A DNA stretch of 64,000 nt from a virus. The translations under genes were made by a program, and so were the position numbers. Positions 49,233 to 59,294 of the stretch are shown piece by piece (position 1 is the first letter of the stretch; each line of letters starts with the position of its first letter). Where the stretch lies: positions 1 through 64,000 of the IMG/VR virus record IMGVR_UViG_3300042564_002580; one strand, 5' to 3'. The notes below the pieces were generated by a model. That model did no database searches. It had not been told where the DNA came from and saw only the letters and a program-made list of their open reading frames with translations.

Positions 49233-49637
49233 ATGACTAAACATTATGCGATCTTATCATTAAATAAAGTTATAGATAAAATTGATGTTGAAAATGTAGA
49301 TGAAGATCTAAATAGAATAGATAGATTTTCAGAACTGTTTGCATCTGAGTTTTTCTGTAAAGATGTAACCGAAAGCAAAAAAGTTAAATTAGATTCAGTA
49401 TGGGATGGAAATTCTTTCTCAGAGTTTGATGTCGAAAGAAATGAAGTTTCTCCATACTCCGTAGCTCTTATTTCAAACAACACTGTAAAAGCAGTTATTA
49501 GAGTATATACTTTAAAAAGACATAATCTATACAAAGAAGCAGAAGTTAATGGAATTTCTGCAGTTGAAGTACCAGAGTCAGACATTGAGCAGGTAAAAAC
49601 TGGAATGTCATGGGACGGTACATCTTTTACAGAATAG
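49233..49637 (+). CDS. Fibre-assembly-like protein with two WDGxSF repeats
   Basis: Internal duplication ..WDGNSF / ..WDGTSF. Confidence 0.55.
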   Translation: MTKHYAILSLNKVIDKIDVENVDEDLNRIDRFSELFASEFFCKDVTESKKVKLDSVWDGNSFSEFDVERNEVSPYSVALISNNTVKAVIRVYTLKRHNLYKEAEVNGISAVEVPESDIEQVKTGMSWDGTSFTE

Positions 49638-49649
49638 GAAGTTAGTTCT

Positions 49650-50345
49650 TTGAGTAAAGATATTTTAAAAAATGAGATATCTCCTGGTCTATGGGTTTAT
49701 AAAAATCAAATAGATAAAAATATCATCAATGACGTAGAAGATCTACTGTCTAAATATGATGATGATTTTGAGTGGCGAGAAGCAACAGTAGGATATGATG
49801 TAAAAGTACCTTCATATAGAGACTGTGTAGATTTTAAAATTCAAAAGCAGGAAATGCCCAACATGCCAGAAAGCAGAAAAGATTTAAATAAAATATGGCA
49901 AAAAGCATACGATATGCAGATAGATGCAGTTAAAGATTACTGCAAACTTTATAACATTGATATGCAATTCTGGGAAGCAATGAACTTTATTAAATATGGA
50001 GAAGGCCAGCATTTCCAAGAGCATTCAGATCATGGATTTTCTTACATAGCAACAGTTTCATTGGTTTCATATCCAAACGATGACTATGAAGGAGGGGAAT
50101 TATATTTCCCTAAACTTAATTTAACCATAACTCCAGAGGCAGGAGATATAGTTATTTTTCCTTCAACTTATTTGTTTTCACACAGAGCAATGCCAGTCAA
50201 ATCAGGAGTTAAGTATTCAATAGTTACAATGCTTGATTACAACGATAACACTCACAATCAGGAGTTTGATCTTCTTAGAATGAAAAGGACTAATTCTGCC
50301 GCTGCAAGAGAAAGTGCAATGAGTGGAAATAATAAAAGCTTATAA
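49650..50345 (+). CDS. 2OG-Fe(II) oxygenase, P4H-like
   Basis: HSD, NDDYEGGEL, HRAMPVKSGVKY. Confidence 0.9.
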   Translation: MSKDILKNEISPGLWVYKNQIDKNIINDVEDLLSKYDDDFEWREATVGYDVKVPSYRDCVDFKIQKQEMPNMPESRKDLNKIWQKAYDMQIDAVKDYCKLYNIDMQFWEAMNFIKYGEGQHFQEHSDHGFSYIATVSLVSYPNDDYEGGELYFPKLNLTITPEAGDIVIFPSTYLFSHRAMPVKSGVKYSIVTMLDYNDNTHNQEFDLLRMKRTNSAAARESAMSGNNKSL

Positions 50346-51039
50346 AACCAAAGAAGGCTTTGCAGAAATAAAGACTCTTCCAGTTAAAAGAGACTGGATG
50401 GATAGCACTTGGCAAAAGCATGCCTATCATTGCTTTCCAGTAACTTTAACAAATACATTAGGGTGGTATTTAAGTTTTCCAGAAGATATAACTTTTATTT
50501 GGGACGGTATTTCAAATTTTGATCCATCCCATGTCAAGATTTTAAAAGGTGACAAATACGCTTATGCTGGAAGAGCAAACGGAACAATAAGTTTTAATAC
50601 AGGTATTAAATTTAAAACCGAAAAAAATGTAACATTGCTGACCATGCCCGCTCCTAATTTTTTTATTGATGGTGCATCTCCTTTTACAACATTAATAAGC
50701 ACATCATTCTTTAGAGCAGATCTTCCAGTAGCTTGGATGATCACATCTCCAAATAAAGAAATTACAATTCCAGCTGGTCACCCAATATGCTCAATAATAC
50801 CAATCAGTCTTGGAGATTTAAATAATTCAGAAATACAAATAGGACCAGAACCAAAAGAACAAGAAGTTTCACAAAAAGAACTATATGAATATTCTATGGC
50901 AGTTCATGAAATAAACAAAAAGTTTAGCTGGTCCGATTTTTACAGAAATGGTGTTGACCATAAGGGAAAAGCCTTGGGTGATCATGAAATAAAAGCTTTA
51001 AAGCTAAAGGTTATAGAGTATAGCCCTAGTGATATTTGA
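50323..51039 (+). CDS. DUF6065-like protein
   Basis: RDWMD..HAYHCFPVTLTNTLGW..APNF. Confidence 0.65.
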   Translation: MEIIKAYKTKEGFAEIKTLPVKRDWMDSTWQKHAYHCFPVTLTNTLGWYLSFPEDITFIWDGISNFDPSHVKILKGDKYAYAGRANGTISFNTGIKFKTEKNVTLLTMPAPNFFIDGASPFTTLISTSFFRADLPVAWMITSPNKEITIPAGHPICSIIPISLGDLNNSEIQIGPEPKEQEVSQKELYEYSMAVHEINKKFSWSDFYRNGVDHKGKALGDHEIKALKLKVIEYSPSDI

Positions 51040-51063
51040 TATAGAATATGGTATATTGTACTT

Positions 51064-51810
51064 ATGGAAATAGTTAATCAAGGAATTATGGGGGGCGGAA
51101 GAGCTCCTATATCAATTACACCATCAGGTTTTTTTGGGGACTCAATAGATAATATTGTTGAGCTAGAAAACTTTATAACAGAAGAAGAACAGAAGAGGCT
51201 TATTAACTTTGCTCTAACTAATAAAGTTTGGGATAAAACAGAGACCCATATTGATGAAGACGGTTTAGTGCTTTACGATGCAAATATTTGGGAAGATAGA
51301 GTTTGTACTGCAGCCTCACTAAAAAAATCTGATCCAGCAATAATTGATTTGCTATGGGACATGATTGATAGGCTAAAAATAGAAGTAGATAAATTTTTTA
51401 ATGTTAACGTTCAAGCAACTGGCCCAGCAATTGTTAGATGGCCAGTCGGAGCAAGACAAGAGCCTCATGCAGATAAAGAGTTTCACACAGGAGAAGAAGA
51501 AGGAAGACCAAATGATTTTCCTTACTATGACATAGCTGGACTATTCTACTTTGACGATGATTACGAAGGTGGAGAGCTGTATTTTCCAAGACACGGTATT
51601 GAATTTAAGCCAAAGCCTAGGGCAGCTTATTTTTTCCCAGGAGATAAGTATTATGCTCATGGAGTTAGACCAGTAAAGTCTGGAAACAGATTTACCGCTC
51701 CATTTTTTTGGACCATTGTAGAGCACACTGGAGAAAAACAACCTCCGAAAGATTATTCAGACCAGTTTAAATCGCCGTCATGGCAAAAGCTTTATGGAGA
51801 CAGGGGTTAA
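51064..51810 (+). CDS. 2OG-Fe(II) oxygenase, P4H-like
   Basis: HAD, DDYEGGEL, HGVRPVKSGNRF. Confidence 0.9.
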   Translation: MEIVNQGIMGGGRAPISITPSGFFGDSIDNIVELENFITEEEQKRLINFALTNKVWDKTETHIDEDGLVLYDANIWEDRVCTAASLKKSDPAIIDLLWDMIDRLKIEVDKFFNVNVQATGPAIVRWPVGARQEPHADKEFHTGEEEGRPNDFPYYDIAGLFYFDDDYEGGELYFPRHGIEFKPKPRAAYFFPGDKYYAHGVRPVKSGNRFTAPFFWTIVEHTGEKQPPKDYSDQFKSPSWQKLYGDRG

Positions 51811-51813
51811 CAG

Positions 51814-52659
51814 ATGCATAGTTTAAATATAGTTGATGATATAAATTCTTTAGATTGGACAGAGCTGCTTCCAGGTGTAATCCTTTACAGAGGAATGCTA
51901 AAAGATCCAGACCTTGCATATAAGATAATGATGCGCTCAGAGTCTTCTGAACAAAGTAATTTTTTCCAGAACTGGACTCCATGGGCTCAATATGGAACAT
52001 ACACCCAGGCAAAAGATCAGCAAATGATTGAGTCAGCAGAAAAAAATGAAATTTTTGAAGAAGAAAAAGCTTTATACGAAGAGATTGCGACATCTTACGA
52101 TAAAGCAATATCACACTATTTTAAGCACACTGGAATTGAAATTCCAGAAGGTGCAAGATATAGTGGTCAGTCATGGTGTAAGTACTTCAATCTAATTGAT
52201 ACATTAAAAAATAAAATGACCATGCAATATCACACTGATTTTATTATTTCTCAGAAGGATATGCCTGGAGAAAAGTTTCACACAACATGTACTTTTTATA
52301 TTAATGACAATTACAATGGCGGAGATATAGAGTTCTTTGTTGAAGGTAAATTTGTAAATCATAAACCGTCTGCTGGAGACCTTCTAGTATTTCCATCAGG
52401 AGAGCCTTTCTATCATGGAGTAAAAACAATACCAGATGGAAATAAGTTCTTCATTAGAAACTTTGTAATGTTTGATTATGATGGCTCAAAAGAGTGGTTA
52501 GCAAATCAAAAAAGATACGGCGCATATAGGTGGGGTAAACAAGAAATTGAAAGAATCGCAAATGAAGACCCAAGAAATATGATCTATATAAGAGATAATG
52601 AAGTTATATCTTATGAAGAAATAATGGGCGTTGACACTGGCGGAGGAATATACAATTGA
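51814..52659 (+). CDS. 2OG-Fe(II) oxygenase, P4H-like
   Basis: HTD, INDNYNGG, HGV..K. Confidence 0.85.
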   Translation: MHSLNIVDDINSLDWTELLPGVILYRGMLKDPDLAYKIMMRSESSEQSNFFQNWTPWAQYGTYTQAKDQQMIESAEKNEIFEEEKALYEEIATSYDKAISHYFKHTGIEIPEGARYSGQSWCKYFNLIDTLKNKMTMQYHTDFIISQKDMPGEKFHTTCTFYINDNYNGGDIEFFVEGKFVNHKPSAGDLLVFPSGEPFYHGVKTIPDGNKFFIRNFVMFDYDGSKEWLANQKRYGAYRWGKQEIERIANEDPRNMIYIRDNEVISYEEIMGVDTGGGIYN

Positions 52660-53435
52660 AACTAATTAAAGTTAGAGATAATGAGCACCCAGTATATTTG
52701 TATGAAGATTTTTTAACTAAAGAAGAATGCGCTGGTATTATTAAAATGTTTAACAATCTTATAAAAAGCGGAGACTTTGAATGGCATCCAATTTCTTTTT
52801 ATGAGTCTTATGCGTATAACATGCCAAACCAACTAACAGATGATAAGAATAAGCTATCTCGATGGTATGCAGATGCTGGATTGCCAGACAACTTCCTAGA
52901 TGACCTAGAAAAAAAGTTTAAAGATGCAGCTCGTGAAATAATCGGAGGAGAAGCTTATAAAATAAGTTTTCATAGTCAAAAATGGATTCCTGGAGCATAT
53001 GCAGCTTTTCACTCAGACAACAGTTATGATGGTGAGCCAAGTGCATTTGAAAGAAGTAGATACGCAGGTTTTCTTTATTTAAACGATGAGTTTGATGGCG
53101 GGGAACTTAATTTTAAAAACTTTGATTTAAGCGTAAAGCCTAAAACAGGAATGTTTGCTATTTTTGACGGCGGTCATGAAAACACTCATGAGGTAACACC
53201 TGTATTTAAAAGCGACAGATATACTGTAGGATCATTTTGGGATGATCGGCCAGAAGAAGATTATCCTCAAGAAACAAGAGACAGGTGGGCTTCAGAAATT
53301 GATGATACAAGAAAGAAACAAAAAGTAGAGCAAGAAGAGTGGAAAGAGATAAGAGATAGCGGAAAAAGAAGAACGCCAGATGGCAGAGAGTATGATGCAG
53401 TTTTAGCAGAAAGCGGAGAAATCCATGGAAATTAG
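52656..53435 (+). CDS. 2OG-Fe(II) oxygenase, P4H-like
   Basis: HSD, YLNDEFDGG, HEV..RY. Confidence 0.9.
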   Translation: MKLIKVRDNEHPVYLYEDFLTKEECAGIIKMFNNLIKSGDFEWHPISFYESYAYNMPNQLTDDKNKLSRWYADAGLPDNFLDDLEKKFKDAAREIIGGEAYKISFHSQKWIPGAYAAFHSDNSYDGEPSAFERSRYAGFLYLNDEFDGGELNFKNFDLSVKPKTGMFAIFDGGHENTHEVTPVFKSDRYTVGSFWDDRPEEDYPQETRDRWASEIDDTRKKQKVEQEEWKEIRDSGKRRTPDGREYDAVLAESGEIHGN

Positions 53436-54117
53436 AGAAGTTCAGCCAAGGCAAATGTACACTATGTTTGACATTGTGTTTCACGATAGAGGAATAGTTT
53501 ATTTTGAAAATGTAATTAGTTATCCAGAGACCCTGTTAAAAGTTATGGAAGACCTAGATTCTAACCCAAAATCACATAGCGGAATACCTGAATGGAGCAA
53601 GTGGGGGGCAAGCAACGATGATAATCATGGGTATGGAATTCAAAAGTTTATTGATACCTCTAAAAAGCTTATGAACACCGATGATGAGTTTTTAAACAAA
53701 CAAGTTTTGTATGTTGTTAATAGCTTAATCATGGCCCCAGAAATGTGTGCAAAAAGATATGCTGAAATAATGCGTAGAGATGCATCTAGAATCCAAAAAG
53801 TAGATAGCACACCAGAGCAGGTTAAGATGGGCCTAGATTATATTAAGGTTGCTAAATATGACACTGGTAAAGGTATGGGTCCGCATTGTGATGCTGAAGA
53901 TCCGTCTGGTACTGGACAAAATCTAAAGTACTCCCTAGTTTGCTATTTGAATGATGATTACGAAGGTGGAGAAATTTACTTTAAAAATCAAGATATAAAG
54001 ATTAAGCCAAAGGCAGGTAGCCTTGTTCTATTCCCTTCAGTTCATCCATATTTACATGAATCTCTTCCAGTTACAAAAGGAAATAAGATCATGTTTACTA
54101 CTCATTGGATGGTTTAG
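53425..54117 (+). CDS. 2OG-Fe(II) oxygenase, P4H-like
   Basis: HCD, YLNDDYEGGE, HESLPV..K. Confidence 0.9.
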   Translation: MEIREVQPRQMYTMFDIVFHDRGIVYFENVISYPETLLKVMEDLDSNPKSHSGIPEWSKWGASNDDNHGYGIQKFIDTSKKLMNTDDEFLNKQVLYVVNSLIMAPEMCAKRYAEIMRRDASRIQKVDSTPEQVKMGLDYIKVAKYDTGKGMGPHCDAEDPSGTGQNLKYSLVCYLNDDYEGGEIYFKNQDIKIKPKAGSLVLFPSVHPYLHESLPVTKGNKIMFTTHWMV

Positions 54118-54156
54118 TCGATATCCAATAGGATTGGTATCTGATATAATTTAAAT

Positions 54157-55920
54157 ATGTCATATTACCTTTTAGCAATTAAAGACTCTCCTCTAGGCTT
54201 ATGGAAGCTAGATGAGACATCTGGATCTGTAGCTTATGACACTTCTGGTTGCGGAAATAATGGTTCTTATGTTGGTCAGATATCTAGGTCTAGTTTGCCA
54301 ATTGTATCTGGAGGATCACATTCTAATAAAATAGACAGCGTTAACTACTTACAGTTTACATTATCAAAAGATTTTTCTGGAACAAATGGCACTGGTGGGT
54401 TTGCAACAACAGACACTTACGATAATGACTTCACATTAGAAGTTTGGTTTCATCCAAAAACCTTAACATCCTTAACACCCATACTTGCTGACTCAAATGG
54501 CATAGGTCTGTATTGGGATAAAGGAAATGTCGTATTTAAATTAGAAGATCAAAGAATTGATTATTCAGTTCCAAACCCAGATAGAGTAATTCATGCTGTT
54601 GGAGTTTACTCAGTTAATTCAATCATGTTGTATGTAGACGGCATTTTGGTTGCATCTAAATCAGTAGATTTTAAGTTTACAAATAGTAGTGTCACTCTTT
54701 TTTCTGGACCATCTTCTGGCTCAGAATATTTTATAATTGATTGCCCAGCCGTATATAGGTACTCGTTATCACAAAGAGCAATATCTTCACACTATAATAA
54801 CTTGTTTTTAAATAATGATGAGCAGGTATCTGTTCCAGATCTGGGAGAGCTTTTTAGAGCTGCAGAAAAATATCAAGACATAGAAACAAAATATGTTTAT
54901 CCAATTCAAGAATCTTGGGAGACTTTGATTTATGATAATGAGGCTTTGTCATACAACCCAAGCAACAATAGTATACGTTTAAATTCAGGGTTTTCTAATG
55001 GAGAGTTTGTAGAGGATGTAGTTTTAAATATTACAAAACAATACGTATCTTCAAAAATAGAATGGGTCTCATCTAAAGGAGTCTCCGTGTATGTTTCAGA
55101 AACATCAGCGCTTGGGCCATGGAGAATATGTTCAAATGGGTCTTCTATACCAGAATTTACACAGGGTTCTAGTTTTTCTTCACAAAAAATACTTTACTTT
55201 AGAATAGTTTTTGACTCATCAAATCCAGATATTTATCTTCCAGAACTATACTCTTTAAAGATTTACTTTCATTCTGAAAAGAAAATGTTTGCACATAATG
55301 GAGGAAGTACGCTTTCAATATCTCAACCCACTACTGGATCAACTTGGGATTTTGATGTTTCTAACAACAGCTACCCAGCTAGAAGTCGAAACTACCATAA
55401 CGGAATAAGACCAAAATCTTCAGCATTTTTTATAGACTCAGTAAATGATGTTCGTAATATTGAAATGATATTTACCCCAAAAACGCTTTCTAGCGGAAAC
55501 CTAATATTTAATAAGACTGGCGCAATAGAGACATCTCTTTCCTGGGCGGCAGGCGGAGAAATATCAAAATCTAACATTAGCAACATATATATAAATGGTC
55601 AGGATGTATCCTCAGCAACCAATATCTCATCATACTTATATATAGATGAGCCAAATTATATATTGATAAAAACTTCTAGCATAATATCTGGGCCTATTTG
55701 GTTTAATGGCAAGCAGATATTGGGAGTAAGGTCTAATGTCCTAGATGACAATATGTATCAAAATATTGCCCTATATTCAAATCCAGATATTAGCCACCAA
55801 AATCATTATAACCTGTATACAGGTAAATCTGCATCTATTGGGCAAGGTTCGTCAATGGAAGTGACAGAAGAGTCGGTATCTACCTACTCTAGAGACAGAG
55901 TTGTGTTTCAGATTATATAA
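54157..55920 (+). CDS. LamG/concanavalin-A-like virion protein
   Basis: WKLDETSG..DTSG, FTLEVW, HAVGVY..LYVDG. Confidence 0.7.
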   Translation: MSYYLLAIKDSPLGLWKLDETSGSVAYDTSGCGNNGSYVGQISRSSLPIVSGGSHSNKIDSVNYLQFTLSKDFSGTNGTGGFATTDTYDNDFTLEVWFHPKTLTSLTPILADSNGIGLYWDKGNVVFKLEDQRIDYSVPNPDRVIHAVGVYSVNSIMLYVDGILVASKSVDFKFTNSSVTLFSGPSSGSEYFIIDCPAVYRYSLSQRAISSHYNNLFLNNDEQVSVPDLGELFRAAEKYQDIETKYVYPIQESWETLIYDNEALSYNPSNNSIRLNSGFSNGEFVEDVVLNITKQYVSSKIEWVSSKGVSVYVSETSALGPWRICSNGSSIPEFTQGSSFSSQKILYFRIVFDSSNPDIYLPELYSLKIYFHSEKKMFAHNGGSTLSISQPTTGSTWDFDVSNNSYPARSRNYHNGIRPKSSAFFIDSVNDVRNIEMIFTPKTLSSGNLIFNKTGAIETSLSWAAGGEISKSNISNIYINGQDVSSATNISSYLYIDEPNYILIKTSSIISGPIWFNGKQILGVRSNVLDDNMYQNIALYSNPDISHQNHYNLYTGKSASIGQGSSMEVTEESVSTYSRDRVVFQII

Positions 55921-55983
55921 TTTTGTCATATTGAGTGACAAAAAGCTGGACTTAAGCATGCAAAGATGGTAAAATAATTAACT

Positions 55984-56328
55984 ATGGATATAAAAAGAAT
56001 TAATGCCCAAATGAAGTCTGGTGAAACTAGGCTTGGAGTCTATGTCTGGGAAATGCCTGACGGAAGATGGGTTGGTGACGAAGACAATAACTTTTTATCT
56101 ATATCATCCATGATTGGAAACAAAGAAAGAATTGCTTTGCTTGCAGCAGCCGTAGCACACTATGGAATTGATGTTGGTCAGCCTAAGTTTATTGAGGGAA
56201 GCCGACAAATTGATGAGGAAGAGTTTGAGTATCAAAAACAAAGATTAAGATGGGGTCTAACTCCAGATCCACTAGACATCGGTGTTCACAAAGAAGAAAT
56301 GGCTAGACTAAATGGTGGTAAAAAATGA
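55984..56328 (+). CDS. Hypothetical protein upstream of portal
   Basis: ATGA-coupled to portal. Confidence 0.65.
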   Translation: MDIKRINAQMKSGETRLGVYVWEMPDGRWVGDEDNNFLSISSMIGNKERIALLAAAVAHYGIDVGQPKFIEGSRQIDEEEFEYQKQRLRWGLTPDPLDIGVHKEEMARLNGGKK

Positions 56329-57905
56329 TTGAGTATGACGAAGACACAGTTCAGGATAATGTAGAGATATCCAATGTTGCAGATTGGATGAGATTTAACA
56401 ATCCCACAACACAAAAATCTGATGACTTGTTTGAAATAGACGCTGAAGAGATATTAAAGCTTTCAGGACTCGGTGCTTCATTTAGAAGAAAAGTATCTAG
56501 AGATCTACAAAAAGCGTTTACTGGTAAAGATGGATCTGTAAGCCAGCAACTTCAACACCAACAGGCAGTTAGTGGCTATGCCACATTTGATCTAATTCAA
56601 CCAGAATATAATTTAGATTATCTTTCAACAATTTATGAGATTTCGCCTTACAACTATGCAGCAATAAATGCAAAGGTTGCTAACATTGTAGGTCTAGGAT
56701 TTGACTTTATTGAATCTAAAAAAACTACAGACACACTTGAAGATATAGAAGATGAAAAACAGCTAGAAAGAGCACGTAAGAAGCTAAATAGAATTAAGCA
56801 AGACTTACATCGCTGGCTAGAAGATTGCAATGAAGATGAAACATTTAAAGAAACGCTTATAAAGTTTTACACCGACATAGAGGCTACTGGTAATGGCTAT
56901 CTGGAGGTCGGCAGAACAACGACTGGCAAGATAGGGTACATCGGACACATCCCTTCAAAGACAATGCGTGTAAGACGCCTTAGAGACGGTTTTATACAGC
57001 TTCTTTATGGCAAGGCTGTTTTCTTCAGAAATTTTGGAGACACAGAAACAGTAAATCCAATCGCTGGTCAAGAAGACAGACCAAACGAAATTATTCATTT
57101 AAAGAAGTACACCCCAAAGAATAATTATTACGGAATCCCAGACATTATTGCTGCACAAAATGCCATGGCTGGTAATGAATTTGCTGGTAAGTATAACCTA
57201 GATTACTTTGAAAATAAAGCGGTTCCAAGATATATTATTACCGTAAAAGGCGCAAAGCTTTCTGCAGAATCAGAAAGAAAGCTACTTGAATTCTTCCAGG
57301 TAGGCTTAAGAGGAAAGAACCACAGATCTCTGTATATTCCACTTCCTCCAGATTCACCAGATTCAAAAACTGAATTTAAGATGGAGCCAATTGAGGCAGG
57401 ATCTCAGGAATCTTCATTTAATATATATCGTCAATCAAATAGAGACGAAATCCTAATGGCTCACAGAGTCCCAATTAATAAAATTGGTACTCCAGCAGGT
57501 ATTAATTTAGCTGCTGCTAGAGATGCGGATAAGACATTTAAAGAGCAGGTTTGTCGTCCAGCCCAAGAAAACCTAGAGAAGAAATTAAATAAGATAATCC
57601 AAGAAATGACGGATGCCCTAGAACTTAAATTTAATGAATTAAGTTTGACGGATGCTGACACCCAATCAAAGATAGATGAAAGATATCTTAGATTCCAGGT
57701 AATAACTCCAAATGAAATTAGAGTAAGAATGGGAATGGTTCCAAGAGAAGGCGGAGATGTCCCAGTAGATCTTGCAGCCCAAGCAGCTGAAATTAAAGCC
57801 CAAGCAACCCAAAGCAGAACTCGTGACCAAGAAAGATCGTCTAATTCTCCAGATAAATCTGGGGAGGGCAGAAATGCAAAAGGAGATGGAAGACAAGTCA
57901 ACTAG
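56325..57905 (+). CDS. Portal protein
   Basis: TGNGYLEV, EIIH..YYGIP, YFENKAVP, AHRVP..IG, ITPNEIR. Confidence 0.9.
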   Translation: MIEYDEDTVQDNVEISNVADWMRFNNPTTQKSDDLFEIDAEEILKLSGLGASFRRKVSRDLQKAFTGKDGSVSQQLQHQQAVSGYATFDLIQPEYNLDYLSTIYEISPYNYAAINAKVANIVGLGFDFIESKKTTDTLEDIEDEKQLERARKKLNRIKQDLHRWLEDCNEDETFKETLIKFYTDIEATGNGYLEVGRTTTGKIGYIGHIPSKTMRVRRLRDGFIQLLYGKAVFFRNFGDTETVNPIAGQEDRPNEIIHLKKYTPKNNYYGIPDIIAAQNAMAGNEFAGKYNLDYFENKAVPRYIITVKGAKLSAESERKLLEFFQVGLRGKNHRSLYIPLPPDSPDSKTEFKMEPIEAGSQESSFNIYRQSNRDEILMAHRVPINKIGTPAGINLAAARDADKTFKEQVCRPAQENLEKKLNKIIQEMTDALELKFNELSLTDADTQSKIDERYLRFQVITPNEIRVRMGMVPREGGDVPVDLAAQAAEIKAQATQSRTRDQERSSNSPDKSGEGRNAKGDGRQVN

Positions 57906-57961
57906 TCCTGCTCAACTAGTTATTTGCCTTTTTATGTAACAATCTCTATAATATATAACAT

Positions 57962-59275
57962 ATGATCATAGAAAAGTCACATTGGTCTTCTAATGGAAAT
58001 GCTATTAATTTATCAGTTCCATTTACGAAGGTCAATAGAGAAAAAAGAACAGTCTCAGGATTCGCAACACTAGATAACCTGGATCAGACTGGTGATGTCG
58101 TTACTCAAGAAGCTAGCATGAAAGCGTTTGAAAGCTTTAGAGGTAATCTAAGAGAAATGCATCAGCCACTTGCAGTAGGCAAGGTAGCATCATTTAGACC
58201 AGAAACTTTTTATGACCCTGCAACAAAAGAATTTTACAATGGTGTTTACGTTGATGCGTACATTTCTAAGGGCGCTCAAGATACTTGGGAAAAGGTTCTA
58301 GACGGAACACTAACAGGATTTTCTATTGGCGGAAAGATTATTGAATCAGATAACGAAGTAAACAAATCAACAGGAGCATCAGTAAGGTTTATTAAAGACT
58401 ATGCGCTAGTTGAACTATCAATCGTTGATTCACCAGCAAATGAACTATGTAACATTTTATCTATTGAAAAAGTAAATGGACAAATGATTTTTAAAGGCAT
58501 CGCAGCAGATGTTAAAATGGAAAATATTTTTTATTGTGCAGAAAGTGATTCTGTATTTATGTCAACAGAATCAGAATACATATCTCCAGTTACTGGTAAA
58601 AAAACAGAACTCATTGGATGGGTGGAATCAAACGACGTAAACAAAGGAAAAGAAATAGAGAAGATTCTTGATTCACGTAGATCAAGATTGCAAACATTGC
58701 CTGAAACACAAAATATAAATACGGCAATTGCAGAAGGAGGAAATGAAGTGGAAAAGCTTAATGTAACAGAAGCAACTCCAGTAGTAGAAGAAGCAGTAGT
58801 AGAAACACCTGCAGAAATTATTGAAGAAGTTGCCCCAGTAGAACAAGATTCTGCTGAAGTTGTAGCTGAAGTAACTTCTGCCGAAGTTCTGGAAAAATCA
58901 GCAGAACTAACAGTTCAGGAATCACCTGACTTTGTTAAAATGCTAGGCGACCTTAAGGGTTTCTTCTCAGAGACTTTGGAAAAGGCCTCTGAGGCAAACG
59001 CTGCTCAGGTTTCAACAATCAAGGAGACAGTCGAAGCTTTTAGCAAGAATGTCGATTTGAGAATTTCAGAATTAGCAGAAAAGCACACAGAACTCTCAAC
59101 AGCAGTTGATTCAATCAAGTCTATCATGGACACAGTTGAAAAAAGAGTAGACGCAGTAGAATCAGACACTGCAATAAAGAAGTCCTCTGACCTTGGCGGG
59201 TCAGCTGGAGTAACAATCAAAAAATCAAAATGGAACGGCACTTTCCTCGGTTCCGTTAGCGAATTAACAAAATAA
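57962..59275 (+). CDS. HK97-type prohead protease fused to acidic scaffold domain
   Basis: LREMH, GFSIGG, ELSIVDSPAN; Glu-rich and coiled-coil C-terminus. Confidence 0.85.
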   Translation: MIIEKSHWSSNGNAINLSVPFTKVNREKRTVSGFATLDNLDQTGDVVTQEASMKAFESFRGNLREMHQPLAVGKVASFRPETFYDPATKEFYNGVYVDAYISKGAQDTWEKVLDGTLTGFSIGGKIIESDNEVNKSTGASVRFIKDYALVELSIVDSPANELCNILSIEKVNGQMIFKGIAADVKMENIFYCAESDSVFMSTESEYISPVTGKKTELIGWVESNDVNKGKEIEKILDSRRSRLQTLPETQNINTAIAEGGNEVEKLNVTEATPVVEEAVVETPAEIIEEVAPVEQDSAEVVAEVTSAEVLEKSAELTVQESPDFVKMLGDLKGFFSETLEKASEANAAQVSTIKETVEAFSKNVDLRISELAEKHTELSTAVDSIKSIMDTVEKRVDAVESDTAIKKSSDLGGSAGVTIKKSKWNGTFLGSVSELTK

Positions 59276-59294
59276 AGGGTAAGGTGAAAAACTA

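Noticed and set aside
54157-56328. Terminase expected upstream of portal
   Set aside because: No Walker A/B or RNase H-like ORF; terminase must lie outside the window
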